From Nymphaea colorata (lineage: Eukaryota): a DNA stretch of 64,000 nt. The position numbers and the translations under genes were made by a program. The DNA lies in assembly GCF_008831285.2 (NCBI RefSeq), contig NC_045138.2, positions 32,240,001-32,304,000 on the forward strand, read 5' to 3'. The stretch's first letter is position 1; each line of letters begins with the position of its first letter. The notes below the pieces were generated by a model. The model made no database searches. It was given only the letters and a program-made list of their open reading frames with translations, and was not told where the DNA came from. Positions 62,633-64,000 of this stretch are shown piece after piece.

Positions 62633-64000
62633 TGCAGCTTTTCAGTCTGAATTTTCTGAGCATGACTTGGGTCATCTAGGGAAGGAATAACATTGGGATT
62701 GGGAGTAGAGTTCTCACCACCAGTCACCTCATCTGTACGCACCCTTCGCCTAGAGTAAACCTGCCCAAACAAGTGATTACGTTCCTCTTCAGTCCCAGTA
62801 GAACACCCTTCATCCTTTTCATGCTCAAGCATCTCTACAACTGTTTGATTTCCTTCCTGCTTGTAATAAAAAAAATCTATGAATTGAATCTCTTGATTCT
62901 GAGAGTACTTTTCCCTTGACATAGACTTCTCCCCCTGAAGAGAATTCTCACAAAAGTAAGGAACATGTTCCAAGAAGGTGACATCCTTGGTAACATAAAC
63001 TCGGCCAGTGGTAGGATCAAGGCACTTATACCCCTTTTGAGTAGGAGAATACTCAACAAAAACACCCTTAATCGACCTTGGATCAAGTATTTTAACATGA
63101 GGACTGTGATCATGAATAAAACAAACACATCCAAAGACACGAGGTGGAAGAAGAAAGGGTTGACGACTCCCTGGAAGCATAGAGTGGGGAGTCCGCCCAT
63201 TTAGCACATGACTAGGCATAGGATTGATCAAATATGCACTAGTGAGAACAACATCACCCCAATATTGTTTTGGAAGATTCCTTTGAAACAAGAGGGCCCT
63301 GGGGACATTGAGTAACTGACGATTTTTCCTCTCAGCGACCCCATTTTGTGGAGGGGTATAGCTACAGGACGTCTCATGAACAATCCCCCTTTTCCGAAAG
63401 AAATCTTCAACAGATTGACACACATACTCACGAGCATTATCAGACCGAAAAGTCTTAACAGATCCGCCATATTGGGTTTACACAAGAACAAAGAAGGTCT
63501 CTATGACATGAGGCACTTCACTACGGTCTTTTAACAAGTATACAAAGGTGCTCCTAGAGAAATCATCAATAAAGGTTATAAAGTATTGAAAACCTTGACG
63601 GGTATAAATTCCAGAAGGACCCCACACATCAGAATGAATCAAAGAGGAAACTTCATTGGCATGACTGGTGGAATTAGGGTATGAAGCCCTAACATGTTTA
63701 GCAAATTGGCATACATCACAAGATATCATAGACATGTCTAAATTGGAACATAAATCAGGAAATAACTGTTTCAAAATTCCAAAAGGAAACAATTCCAAAA
63801 TGAAGATGCCCAAGGCATTCATGCCAATACAAAAACAACTGACGACAATCCTTTCTTCTCTCCTCTGTTCTGCTGACAGCTGTCATGAGAGTGGTGGCCA
63901 CATGGATGGGTAAACGATATAAACCTTCAGACACCAAACCAATCCCAATCCTCTTCCCTGTCACCAACTCCTGCAAGACACAGCGATTTGCATAAAATAT
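62633..64000 (-). mobile_element. Copia E: integrase region of a copia of the same family as Copia B; runs off the window end, 3' half deleted
   Basis: [44 protein letters not shown] and [13 protein letters not shown]; except GVAERKNR (deleted in B), these closely match Copia B. Confidence 0.9.

Overview
Angiosperm nuclear DNA with no prokaryotic features; I cannot identify the species from the sequence. There are two host genes, both on the minus strand: an intronless BRI1 brassinosteroid receptor kinase (20995-24672) and the last eight coding exons of a divergent GIGANTEA (GI) gene (38492-59776, 5' exons lie beyond the window). Three GI introns are swollen (9.2 kb, 8.5 kb, >4.2 kb) by nested, decayed LTR retrotransposons. 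These are five Ty1/copia copies (two with paired LTRs, PBS, PPT and TSD), a PBS/LTR remnant, and a Ty3/gypsy-like element with TSD TACAC. The gypsy-like element carries a host-type extended PHD finger in frame with its pol-terminal motif, where a chromodomain normally sits; this is the most novel observation. The first 38 kb outside BRI1 holds hAT-type MITEs with 8-bp TSDs, tRNA-derived SINEs, CACTA ends and microsatellites. BRI1 is flanked on both sides by G-box/BRRE/TCP site clusters and preceded by a chain of stop/start-overlapping uORFs. All coordinates and mismatch counts were read by eye.
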